DNA of 64,000 nucleotides, from NCBI RefSeq assembly GCF_009914755.1, contig NC_060925.1; one strand, 5' to 3'. This DNA is from the human T2T-CHM13v2.0 reference genome, Homo sapiens. This document shows, piece by piece, positions 1 to 20,994 of the stretch. Numbering within the stretch: position 1 is the stretch's first letter; every line of letters starts with the position of its first letter. The position numbers and the translations under genes are program-made. Below the pieces are notes generated by a model, which was not told the origin of the DNA, did no database searches, and saw nothing but the letters and a program-made list of their open reading frames with translations.

Positions 1-578
1 ATCAGCACTCTGTAAAAACGCACCAATTAGCACTCTGTGTCTAGTTAAAGGATTGTAAATGCACCAATCAGCACTCTGTAAAATGGACCAATCAGCAGGA
101 TGTGGGCGGGGCCAAATAAGGGAATAAAAGCTGGCCACCCAAGCCAGCAGTGGCAACCAGCTTGGGTCCCCTTCCATGCTGTGGAAGCTTTGTTCTTTCG
201 CTCTTCACAATAAATCTTGCTGCTGCTCACTCTGGGTTTGCACTACCTTTATGAGTTGTAACACTCACGGCAAGGGTCTATGGCTTCATTCCTGAGGTCA
301 GCGAGACCACGAACCCACTGGGAGGAACAAACAATTCTGGACGCGCCACGTTTAAGAGCTGTAACACTCACTGCGAAGGTCTGTGGCTTCACTCCTGAAG
401 TCAGCGAGACCACGAACCCACCGGAAGGAAGAAACTCCGGACACATCTGAACATCTGAAGGAATAAACTCTGGACAAACCATCTTTAAGAGCTGTAACAC
501 TCACCGCAAGGGTCCACAGCTTCATTCTTGAAGTCAGCGAGACCAGGAACCCACCGGAAAGAATAAATTCCGGACACA
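1..578 (+). mobile_element. LTR12-family (HERV9) LTR, 3' portion
   Basis: Tandem CCAAT(C/T)AGCA repeats, GC box GGGCGGGG, AATAAAAGC TATA, three ~105-bp U5 repeats (gtaacactcac...gaagtcagcgagaccacgaaccc), ends ...ccggacaca; no PBS follows. Confidence 0.9.
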
Positions 579-896
579 ACATTTCTTTTTTCTTTGAGAC
601 AGGGTCTCAGTGGCACAATCATAGCTCACTGCAGCCTCAACCTCCTGGGCTCAAGAGATCCTCCTGCCTCAGTCTCCTGAGTAGCTGGCACACCGCCATG
701 CCCTGCCAATTTTTTTTGTAGAGACAGGGGTCTCACTGTGCTGCCTACACTGGTCTCGAGCTCCTGGTCTCAAGCAGTCCTCCCTCCTGGTCGTCCCAAA
801 GTGCTGGGATTATAGGTGTGAGCCACCGTGCCTGGCCTCTTTTCTTCTTTTTTCCCTCCACATGTGTCTTATTTTTTTTATTTTTTTATTTTTTGA

Positions 897-1136
<240 letters not shown>

Positions 1137-1139
1137 TGA

Positions 1140-1472
<333 letters not shown>

Positions 1473-1545
1473 TGAGCCTGGCCTCTATATAAGCCCTAAG
1501 TTCTAACCGCTCCTCTGAGTTACTCATCACTGAATTTCCGTTGCA

Positions 1546-2885
<1,340 letters not shown>

Positions 2886-3169
2886 TAATTTTTGTATTTT
2901 TAGTAGAGATGGGGTTTTACCATGTTGGCCAGGCTGGTCTTGAACTCCTGACCTCAAATGATTCATCCACCTGGGCCTCCCAAAGCACTGGGATTACAAA
3001 CATGAGCTACCGCATCTAGCCTCCGAGTAATTTTTATATTTTTAGTAGAGACAGAGTTTCACCATATTGGCCAGGCTGGTGTTGAACTTCTGGCCTCAAA
3101 GTGATCCACCCTCATCAGCCTCCCACAGTGTTGGGATTACAGGCGTGAGCCACTCTGACCAGCCAAAGA

Positions 3170-3787
<618 letters not shown>

Positions 3788-3922
3788 TAATACATTTTTG
3801 TTGAATGGATGAAGTGCTTCTCCATAAGGGATGTTTGGGTTCAATTTTCTGGCTCCCACAAACCCACCTTCTGAGTCTCAGACCCTCTCCTTGTCCATAC
3901 CTGTCCATGCGGAGATAGGCGG

Positions 3923-5313
<1,391 letters not shown>

Positions 5314-5843
5314 AGGTGGTGATCTTCAGGAACCCACCTGCACCTGTGAGATTCTGAAGACGTGGACCCAGCCTTCACAGGCATCCAAGTTACCTTCCCC
5401 ATGAGGACTTGTTTTACAGATCACAAAAGACATCTGCACTTTGTATGGCTCCAGCAGGATCTCTCTGATCTGTGAGGATTAATGAGCCAGCCACATCTCT
5501 CCCCAGCTTCCTGGACCAATGGCGCAAACCTAGTTCAGAAACCCAGCAAGTTGCTTGAGGCATTAGCCAGGCATCCGTGGTATGCAAGTTTTGGCACTGG
5601 TTTGCTGTTTGGATGTTTTTCTCCTTCAGGCGGAAATTTACAAAGCACTCATGCTCCAACTACCATGGCAGAGAGAGGAGGTGAAGCAAATTGTAAAAAC
5701 TTCAACCTCAGTATTGAGTTTCTCCTTGACTTGTGTTGAAGCCAATGATGGCAAGGGATGTGGATAACCTGGATGTTTTCTCTTGGGATCCACCCTCTCA
5801 CAGGTGTTCCTCTGAGCACTTTGCAGGATGAGAAGTTGAATAG

Positions 5844-6062
<219 letters not shown>

Positions 6063-6501
6063 TAGAGACGGAGTTTTGCCATGTTGTCCAGGCTGGTCTT
6101 CAACTCCTGGGCTCAAGCAATCTGTCTACTTCGGCCTTACAAAGTGGGTGCTGATTTCTCTGCAGCTTATGGACACACCATAAGCTGGGGGCACCCATGG
6201 AAGTGCTTTAGCTTGTAATCTCCATCAACATCTCCCACAAGACACCTCCCCAAACTTGATCTGGTTTGGGGAGTCACTGCTGTCTGGAGGAAAACATCTC
6301 TAATTTAGCCCTCGAGATTACACATATTAAGTTCAACTAAGTACGAACTCAAGGTATATTAAATACAATTTCCAAACACACCAGCCATCATGAGTGAGAA
6401 TCAGCAGAAACTATGAATGACAGACTTAGGCCATCTCAGGTTTTTGGAGTGATCAGATACAGATTATTTTATTAATTAATTAATTAATTAATTATTTTTG
6501 A

Positions 6502-6645
<144 letters not shown>

Positions 6646-6784
6646 TGAGATGGGGTTTTGCCATGTTAGCCAGGCTGGTCTCGAACCCCTGACCTCAGAT
6701 GATCCACCTGCCTTGGCCTTCCAAAGTGCTGGGGTTGCAGGCATGAGCCATCCCGCCTGGCCAGATACAGATTATTAAGCATAG

Positions 6785-7111
<327 letters not shown>

Positions 7112-7749
7112 TAAAGTGCTTGGGATTACAGGCGTGAGCCACTGCGCCCCGCCCTGGGTGTCTGTTTCGATCTTGCTGCTCCTCTGAGCCTCCTATACAA
7201 AGATTCTGGCGCTACTGCACGCCCTGTGTTTGTGTCCTCTATGTTAAAGTTCTTTTTCCTGGCTAATGTGGTCCAGACATGTTGGAAGGGATTCTAAAGT
7301 AACAATCCTGTGACCACGTGACTGTGAGAAGAATTCTTTTCTAAAGAAAAGGATCTTCATCACATACCGACCCATCTCTTTCACTACCTTTAATACCACC
7401 TCAGATATCTCTCTTTTCATTTCCTGCAGCCCTTATTGCTTCCGTGGTGTTAGGCCCCTTGGCATTTTGTCATATTTGTTTTTTTCCATTTTGTAGCTGA
7501 CTGTCTCACCAGTCACTCCTGTCTGGAGGAAAACATTCCCAGTTTAGCCCTTGAGATTACACTTATTAAGTTCAACAAAGCACAGCCTCATGATACATAA
7601 TTTCCAAACACACAAGGAAGCCAGCCATGATGAATGAGAAACTATGAACAACAGACTTAGGCCTCTTTAGGATTTTGGAGAAATCAGATACAGATTATTA
7701 AATAACTACTCATGGATTTTTTTTTGGGTGGGGCGGTGCTGCTTTTTGA

Positions 7750-7992
<243 letters not shown>

Positions 7993-8304
7993 TGATCCAT
8001 GAGCCTCAGCCTCCCAAAGTGCTGGGATTACTGGCATGAGCCACTGTGCCCGGCCTTGATTTTTTTTTTTTTTTTTTTTTTTGAGACAGAGTCTTGCTCT
8101 GTCACCCAGGCTGGAGTGCAGTGGCAAAATCTCGGCTCACTGCAAGCTCCGCCTCCCGGGGTTCACGCCTTTCTCCTGCCTCAGCCTCCCAAGTAGCTGG
8201 GACTACAGGCGCCCGCCACTACGCCCGGCTAATTTTTTGTATTTTTAGTAGAGATGGGGTTTCACTGTGTTAGCCAGGATGGTCTCGATCTCCTGACCTC
8301 GTGA

Positions 8305-8680
<376 letters not shown>

Positions 8681-8879
8681 CGATTTCTATTTTTAATAGA
8701 GATGGGGTCTTGCTATTTTGCCCAGGCTGGTCTTCAACTCCCGAGCTCAGGCAATCCTTCTGCCTTGGCCTCCCAAAGTGCTGGGATTACAGGTGTGAGC
8801 CACTGTGCCCAGCCAAAAATTTTTAAAAATGAGTTTAAAAATGAGCAGTAAGAAGAGACTTCTAAAAATGAGCATGCTT

Positions 8880-9280
8880 TCTCTGATGCAGAACCAGGGC
8901 TGAGCTCACACTAAAGGCCTTTCCACACTTACCACATTCATAAGCTTTCTCACCATGGGTTCTTCGATGCCTAAAAAGGCTTGTACTCCAAACAAAGCTT
9001 TGCCCATATTTGTCACAGTTTTGAGGTCTCCTTTTAAAGGCGTTCTGATCTTTTTCATTTAATTTATCCCCAAATTCACAGAATTCTCTGCCTTCAGAAT
9101 CCTGGAGAACATTCTCTCTGAGACTGCTAGACTCTTCTGTCAATGGTTCAATTTTTGCTGTAATTCCCTCCTCTGAAGCTGGCTTTCCAATCTTGGTCTT
9201 GTTTTCACCATCTCGACTTGGTCCCTGGACCGCTGTGAAGCCTCACACCCGGCGAACCTGCCATCGCCCTGTCCGCTCTC
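8880..9280 (-). pseudogene. Processed fragment of a C2H2 zinc-finger mRNA (ZNF271/Zfp35-like)
   Basis: Minus strand translates [53 protein letters not shown]...[46 protein letters not shown]; preceded by a 69-nt CpG-rich exon-like piece (9212-9280) joined at gag|ATGGTG. Confidence 0.75.
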
Positions 9281-10376
9281 ACGGCACAATCAGGAGCTGT
9301 GCTATACGCTCTCCTGGCTCTGCTTTCCAGGGAACAGAAGTAGATATAACAATTTGAATTTCTGCATTGTAATCTGAATCAATGACTCCTGTCTGTACTT
9401 GCACTCCTTTTAAATTTAAACTAGACCTACCTAGTTTAAGTAGTAATCCTACTGTCCCCACTGGCATCATCTGATTGCAGACAGCAACATTCTTTAACAG
9501 TCCCATTACAAAAGGAGAACCTGGTCCATATTGATTAATAGCTTGCTTAAATTCTTTGAGTAATTTAAAAGAAAAAGGCTCAAATGTAGCTATAATATTT
9601 CCCTGTTGATCTGGGGGATATATTCTAACAGGGAACTGCCAAGCCTCTATATCACCCTCTCTTCTAGCTTGCTGAATTCCTGTCTGAATAGAACTAAGAG
9701 CAGTCATTCGAGGCGCTGCTTGAACAGTCACTGGGGCAACTACTTTTTGCCCAGTGTCCTCCGGAAAAGAAAGATCTGGAGGTCAGGCCACTTTCTGTCT
9801 TCAAAATAAGGAGGGGATGCAGGAGGGTAGGGATGAACCTCTTCCTCCTTTGCTGCTTTAGCTTTAGCTGGCAAACAAACCTGCTCTGTCACCTCTTCTG
9901 TTACTTCATTATACTTTCCTTCCTCGTCATCATCAGTGTGAAAAGCTTCCAAGGACCCTGATGCTTCTGAGCTCCTCTTCTTACTCACCACGGGGATTGC
10001 TTAAGAGTACTCGGGTGTCCTCCAGTTTAGTTTCACGTTCTCCAACTGTCGCTCCGGCGACCCTTTGACCCGGATGTGAGCCCCCATGTTGGGCACCGCT
10101 TGCCGAGACCAGCTCAGTCGCGGAGACTCTAACCCGGCGGCACTAGAGGAATTAAAGACACACACACAGAAATATAGAGTGTGGAGTGGGAGATCAGGGG
10201 ACTCACAGCCTTCAGAGCTTGACTCACATGTTTATTGACAGCAAGCCAGTGATAAGCATTATTTCTATAGATTATAGATTAACTAAAAGTATTCCCTACA
10301 GGAAACAAAGGGATGGGCCAAGACAAAGGGATGGGCTCTGGCTAGTTATCACACAAACAATAGCATGAGTGATCTG
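9281..10376 (-). mobile_element. HERV-K(HML-3)/HERVK9 fragment: partial MER9 LTR (10101-10350), Lys PBS, deleted gag fused to dUTPase
   Basis: LTR end ...gagctggtctcggca; PBS-like CGGTGCCCAACATGGGGGC at 10080-10098; Gag peptides EVTEEVTEQVCLPAK and AWQFPV..QYGPGSPF; dUTPase motifs GRSSLNLKG, TGVIDSDY, GERIAQLL. Confidence 0.88.
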
Positions 10377-10454
10377 GTCTGAAATTCCAGGGCTCAAACA
10401 GTCTTCACGCTCTGGCCTCCTAAAGTGCTGGGATTACAGATGGGAGCCACTGCA

Positions 10455-11212
<758 letters not shown>

Positions 11213-11213
11213 T

Positions 11214-11381
11214 TAATAATCACATCACAAGACGTCTTACACTCATGAACTGTCCCTACATTAGGCCTAAAAACAGATGCAATCCCCGGACGCCTAAACC
11301 AAACCACATTCACCGCCACACGACCAGGAGTATACTACGGTCAATGGTCAGAAATCTGCAGAGCTAGCCACAGTTTTATAC
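11214..11381 (+). pseudogene. NUMT: nuclear copy of part of mitochondrial CO2
   Basis: In the vertebrate mitochondrial code reads [54 protein letters not shown], versus COX2 ...DVLHSWAVP...YYGQCSEICGANHSFM. Confidence 0.95.
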
Positions 11382-11389
11382 AACCATCT

Positions 11390-12140
<751 letters not shown>

Positions 12141-13641
12141 AAGGAAGGAAATGGGCGATTTCCTCATCAATACTCTACTCCGGTACATACAAAATACTGA
12201 ATGTGTTTCAACAATTAAAACAATGAGGTTGGCCAAGTGTGGTGGGGGATGGAGGGGGGTGGGGTGCCGCGGGGATCACTTTCACTCAGGAGATCGAGAC
12301 CAACCTGGGCAACACAGCAAAATCCCATCTCTACAAAAAATACAGAACCTAGCTGGGTGGGCTTGGTGGCATGCTTGTAGTCCCAGCTACTCTGGAGGCT
12401 GAGGTGGGAGGATCACTTGAGCCCAGGAGGCAGAGGTTGCAGTGAGCTGAGATCACACCACTGCACTACAGCCTGGACGACAGAGCCAGACCCTGTCTCA
12501 AAACAAAACAAAAAACCAATGAGGTTGATCTACAGTGTATGTACATCGTGGAAAAGTGTCCATAATACAGAAAGTGAAAAAATCAAACCTCTGAACCATG
12601 TGTGTAATAGTCCACCTGCGTGTGTGCGTGACTGTGCATCTGGAGTCTGCAGAAGGGCATGACCACGTGGTTAACAGGTCAACAGCGGCTCCCTCTGCAG
12701 AGGGAGCTGGAGGGAAGACAGGAAATGGAGGGATTTGCTTTTGCTTCTCTACACATTGCTTGGATATTTTATTTATTCCTTCATTTTATTTCATTTCATT
12801 TTGCTTTGTTTTTAACAAAAGGCATGTATTCCTTGTAGTGTACAATTTCCGGAGCCCACACCTGTTTGCCTGTAGCTAGGACTCAGATCAGATACATTAA
12901 AGGATGGCCAGGCAAGAGGCAGTGACATCCTGTGTTCCCTGGGGCAGTTCCTCCCTCCTCCGCCTAAGAACCACAATCTAGGTAGACCCCCTAGAGGGGC
13001 TGGGAGGATCCACTCTTCTTTCCCTTTTTTAAGGGGAAGGGTTTGTTTTGGGAGGAGTTCTTTTGTTAGTCAGAGTGGCCCAAGGGCTCCAGAGGTAAAT
13101 ACAAGCACTCCACTCTCTTCAGTCTCTTTTTACATTGCCTTCCCCAGTGGGGTGCTAAGGGCTGGCCAGGGCATGCTTCCACAAGTTCCTTTGATTATTT
13201 AGAAAAAGGCTTACATAATTCAACCCGAAGGACTCTGAGAGGTGAATCGAGTGTGCAGGAATCAACTGGACAGTGGCCGAACAGGAAGTTCAAAACTTGT
13301 GAATAGCGTTGTTTTGATTAATTAACCATCTCAGTCTCCCAGGGAGGGGTCTCTAAAGACTGGGCAGTAAAAAAAGCAACAACAACAACAACAAAAAAAC
13401 AACAAAAACCTCCCCAAACTGTGCAGTAATGTCTTTGCCTGCCCTGGAGGGCCCCTTGGGTAGGTTTTATATGAGCTCGGGTGTCTTGAGTGAGTCCACC
13501 ATCTGGGAGGCAGGCAGTGCCAACTCAGGGGACCGCAGTGGATGGGAGACTGTGTCAGGGGTGACCCCCAGGGGACCCTGGTCCACTGGTTGGCCAACTT
13601 TGTTGTTGTCATCTCTGAGGTTGGGCTGATTGAAAGTGGCC

Positions 13642-15065
<1,424 letters not shown>

Positions 15066-15801
15066 TGATTGCTGTGTGTGTGTGTGTGTGTTTGTGCGGG
15101 GGTGGGTGGGTGTGGGTGTGTTTTCTTTTCTTTAAAAAGTTTATAAAATTTGAGTCAGGGTCTTGCTCTGTTGCCTGGGCTGTAGTGCAGTGGCATAATC
15201 ATGGCTCATGGCAGCCTCAAACTCTTGGCCTCAAGCAATCCTCCCATCAGCCTCCCCAAATCCTGGAATTTAACAGGTTGGCCAAGAGCAGTGAGCCATT
15301 CATTGCACCTGACCGTGTGCGTGTTTGCTAAAAAGTGCAGATAACTTACTCCCTGGTTTGTTTTCTTAGTGAGCTCATATTGTCTACCTTCTAAAGACCA
15401 AAGCGTCAGGACTGCAGAGCCCCATTCTGGCTTTGGCAAACACGTGGAGTGAGACTGGTTTCCACCTGAGAAATAACCCTTCTGGTTTCCCTCCGAGCAT
15501 GCTCCTCTCCTGCGCGTTACCTACGTGGTAGGGAGATGGTGTTGCACACTGCAGAGGCTCACCCCATAGAGGGAGAACTTCCTAAACTGAGCTGAGTCCT
15601 GGTGTCCCGTGAAACACTCTACAGAGGGTGCCTGGGGGTGTCTTTCTCGGAAAAGACTCCCCCAGGTAGTGAGGAAGGCAGGACCTGGCAGAGGGAGAAC
15701 CCAGTGTTGCTGGAACTGAGGCCGTTTCTGCAATGAAGCTCTGGTCCCAAATTGAGACATGAGGTCTGGGCCTTTGCATCTCTGTTTCTTTTCACTTTTA
15801 A

Positions 15802-16131
<330 letters not shown>

Positions 16132-17559
16132 TGAAAATTAAAATGACATCCAGGGCTCACTGGATTTGCTCATACAAAGGCAGGGGCATCTAGACCACAG
16201 AGAGTAATCGGTGCTGGTTCAATGGCCTTGAACACTACTCATTTTATCAATGAAAAATCATTCTTAGCTCTCATTGTGCTAATTAACAAACCATCTGGTG
16301 TGGATTGGAGATAGAGCTAGAGTGGCTTTTGTTGAGTCTTTCAAATGTAGGTTCTAATCACCCCTGGAATTTCGCGCTCCCAATTCCGCAGCGCTGACTG
16401 CCCCTAGAAAGCAGGCTGAAGCTAAGTGACACGTACAGTTGGTGCTGAGGGTTTTTGAAGTAAATTACAGGCACGCTTTTCAAGCTCTGAGCTCTTGAGA
16501 AGACCACTGAGCTCAAAGTTAGTCCAACAAATAATGTTCATCATACACAGCATCTTCTGTTTAAGAAGGCAGGAAATTGGCCGGGTGCGGTGGCTCACAC
16601 CTATAATCCTAGGACTTTGAGAGGCCGAGGCTGGCAGATCACTTGAAGTCAGCAGTTCGAGAGACCAGCCCACATGGCGAAACCCTATTTCTACTAAAAA
16701 TACAAAAAATTAGCCAGGCATGATGGCGTGTGCCTATAGTCTCAGCTACTCGGGAGGCTGAGGTTGAGAATTGCTTGAACCCAGGAGGCGGATGTTGCAG
16801 TGAGCCCAGATCATGCCACTGCACTCCAGCCTGGGCGACAGAGCGAGACTGTATCAAAACAATCAAGCAAAAATGGTTGTTGTCAACACAGTGGGTAACA
16901 TCTGAACCAAACAAGCCAGGAAATTGAGCACTTGGTTTTAGAAAACTTTTCATCCAAAAAGGGTTAACAGATTTATAATGTGAGTTTAAAGGGGTCATCT
17001 CGAGTTTTCAAGAACATTCATTTATGCCAAGCAGCTCCTTCTCCACTGATATCAAAGATATTTTACTGTAGAGGGCACCAAATACACCCCTTCATTATTT
17101 TCTCCTTTTAAAGAAAACAGGACAAATTAGTGACCTGGAAGGTTTGGATATAAACACATCAGAGAAATCATTGTTTTGAGAGTTCTTTTCAGCTTAATTA
17201 ATTCACATTGGCTGCTCAAATTCATTTTAGGTCTGGAGGCGATTTTCAAACAAAATGTTATGACAGAGATCATAACAAAGATTTGGAGCAAAGATTTCTG
17301 TTTGCTGAGCTGTCACTCAAGCTAAACAGATAGCAACAGGGAATCTTTAGGCAAATTAACTTTCCCCTGAATGGGTTCTTTTATCCTGTCCATCTGCATT
17401 CATTCCCATGGGTACTTCGAGACCGAGCTAACAAGTCAGATATACATAATAAAGAAAATTGCTCAAGGGAAAAAAAAATCAACTGTTCATTTGGGAAAAT
17501 GTGGTGCTAGTCTAAATACAATTCTCTATTAATTTCAAGGGGTCTAAAAATCTATCACC

Positions 17560-18128
17560 AGTTCTTCAAAAAGTTAAACAGACTTATCCTGTGGCCCAGC
17601 AATTACATTCCTAGGTATGCACCCCGAAGAACTGAAAACAGATAGTCAAACAAATACTTGCACACAAATGTTCATCGCAGCACTATTCTCAATAGCCAAA
17701 AAGTGGAAATTACTCAAAATTCCATCAACAGATGAATGGAGAAACAAAATGTGGTATATACGTATACAACAGAATATCATCCAGCCGTGAAAACAAATTA
17801 ACTACTGATGTGTGATACAACGTAGATGAACCTCAGAAACATGACCTTAAGTGTTAAAAGCCAGACATAAAGATCATGATTCCGCTTATGTGAAATATAT
17901 GAATGATCCCCTTTATACGAAATATTCAGAATAGGTGAATTTATCAAGACAGAAAGCAGATCAGTGGTTGTCAAGGGATGGGGAGGGGGGAATGAGGAAT
18001 GACCGCTAATGGGTACGGGGTTTTCTTTCGGGGTGATGAAAATGTTTTGGAACAAGATAGAGGGGCTGGTACGCAGCATCTGTGAAGGTACTAAATGCCA
18101 CTGAAGTGTACTTTTTAAAAACGTTAAT
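17560..18128 (+). mobile_element. Old L1M (L1MB-like) 3' end
   Basis: cccagcaattacattcctaggtat, aatgttcatcgcagcactattc, ggggtgatgaaaatgttttggaac. Confidence 0.8.
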
Positions 18129-18308
18129 GTGGTGAGGTGCGGTGGCTCACGCCTGTAATCCCAGCATTTTGGGTGGCTGAGGTGAGTGGATCACCTGAGG
18201 TCAGGAGTTTGAGACCAGCCTGGCCAACATGGTGACACTCCGTCTCTACTAAAAATAGAAAAAAATTAGCCAAGTGTGGTGGCGGGTGCCTGTAATCCCA
18301 GCTACTCA

Positions 18309-18410
<102 letters not shown>

Positions 18411-18454
18411 TCAAAAAAAAAAAAAAAAGTTAATGTGTCCAGCACAGTGGCTCA

Positions 18455-18694
<240 letters not shown>

Positions 18695-18715
18695 TTACAG
18701 AAGGAGACTATGTAT

Positions 18716-18760
<45 letters not shown>

Positions 18761-18819
18761 GGGCGCGGTGGCTCACGCTTGTAATCCCAGCGCTTTGGGA
18801 GGCCGAGGCGGGCAGATCA

Positions 18820-19074
<255 letters not shown>

Positions 19075-19698
19075 TCACAGCACTTTAGGAGGCCGAGACG
19101 GGAGGATTGCTTGAGCCCAGTAGTTCAAGATCAGCCTGGGCAACATAGCAAGACCCTGTCTCTATAAAATAGGAAAAAAAAGAGGTTAATGTTGTATTAT
19201 ATTACTTTAATTTTACCCCAATATGAGTTTGTAAACAAATCAAGTTCTCTGTAAACAAGTATTTGATGGTCTGGAAAATGGGATTGCCTCAATATCCAAA
19301 CAGCCGTTTCTGGGCAGCTTCCTGACCATCCGGTAGGTTTCTTGGTCCAGCCCTGAGTCTCCTTGGCAATGCATCAGGGAGACACCAGGCTCATTCCTCT
19401 TTCCTCGTGGCTTCCATATCTTTCCATCCCTCAGCCCTCCGCAGAACCAGCTGTTTGCGGTCACACCGTGGATCTTGTATGAAGCAAAAACAAAAAAAAC
19501 AGGGCCAGGCGCGGTGGCTCACGCCTGTAATCCCAGCACGTTGGGAGGCTGAGGTGGGCAGATCACTTGAGCTCAGGAATTCAAGACCAGCCTGACCAAC
19601 ATGGTGAAACCCCATCTCTACTAAAAATACAAACATTAGCCAGACGATGGCTCATGCCTGTAATTCCAGCACTTTGAGAGGCCAAGGTGGGTGGATCA

Positions 19699-19980
<282 letters not shown>

Positions 19981-20736
19981 TCATGAGCGTACAATAAATG
20001 CTTCAGCTGGAAAAACTGCATATTTACAGGACTGCCTTCAATATGGTGGTGGTTCTCCTGACTGCAGGGGATGCGGCAGCAAGTAATAAACCCTTCAAAA
20101 GTTGCTTTGTTTTTGCAAGCAAGACATTGAGAAGCAGAGAAAATGTAGACAGTTGAAGATAAACAAAAACACAGCACTGGCTGCTTCTTTGCGTTTTCCA
20201 GAATATTTCAGTGGAGCAGCTGTTACGGGAGGAATATAAAAATCTAAAGTAAGGCTGGGAGCAGTGGCTCACTACTGTAATCTCAACACTTTGGGAGGCT
20301 GAGGCAGGAGGATTGCTTGAGGTCAGGAGTTCAAGACTAGCCTGGGCAATATAGCAAGACTCTGTCTCTACCAAAGCCAGAAAAAAAAAATCTAAAATAA
20401 AGTATTCTTAGGGACACCTCTCAAGAATTGTAACTAAGAGGTGGGCAAGGTGGTTCCTGCCTGTTGTTTCAGCTACTGAGTTTCAGGCTGCAGCGTGCTG
20501 GGATAGCACTTGTGAATAGCCACTGCTCTCCAGTCTCGGCAACATAGCAAGACCCTGTCTTTAAAAAAAAAAACAGTTCTGAAAGAAAAATGAGCAACCT
20601 TGAACCCTTTGGCCTCAGACAGTACAGGGCTTGCTCACCTAGAAAGTTAAAATAAAGAAAGTGGGCCGGACATGGTGGCTCACGCCTGTAATCCCAGCAC
20701 TTTGGGAGGCCGAGGCGGGTGGATCACCTGAGGTCA

Positions 20737-20994
<258 letters not shown>

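Noticed and set aside
250-578. Regularly spaced ~105-bp repeats, superficially CRISPR-like
   Set aside because: Normal LTR12 U5 tandem repeats with no unique spacers
5410-5480. Acceptor-like ttttacag followed by HLHFVW, loosely like the CA HFHW motif
   Set aside because: Immediate stop codon and no other carbonic anhydrase motifs; chance match
20440-20572. 7SL-like 3' end (gtgaatagccactgc...)
   Set aside because: Lacks the S domain; a fossil Alu monomer rather than an RNA gene
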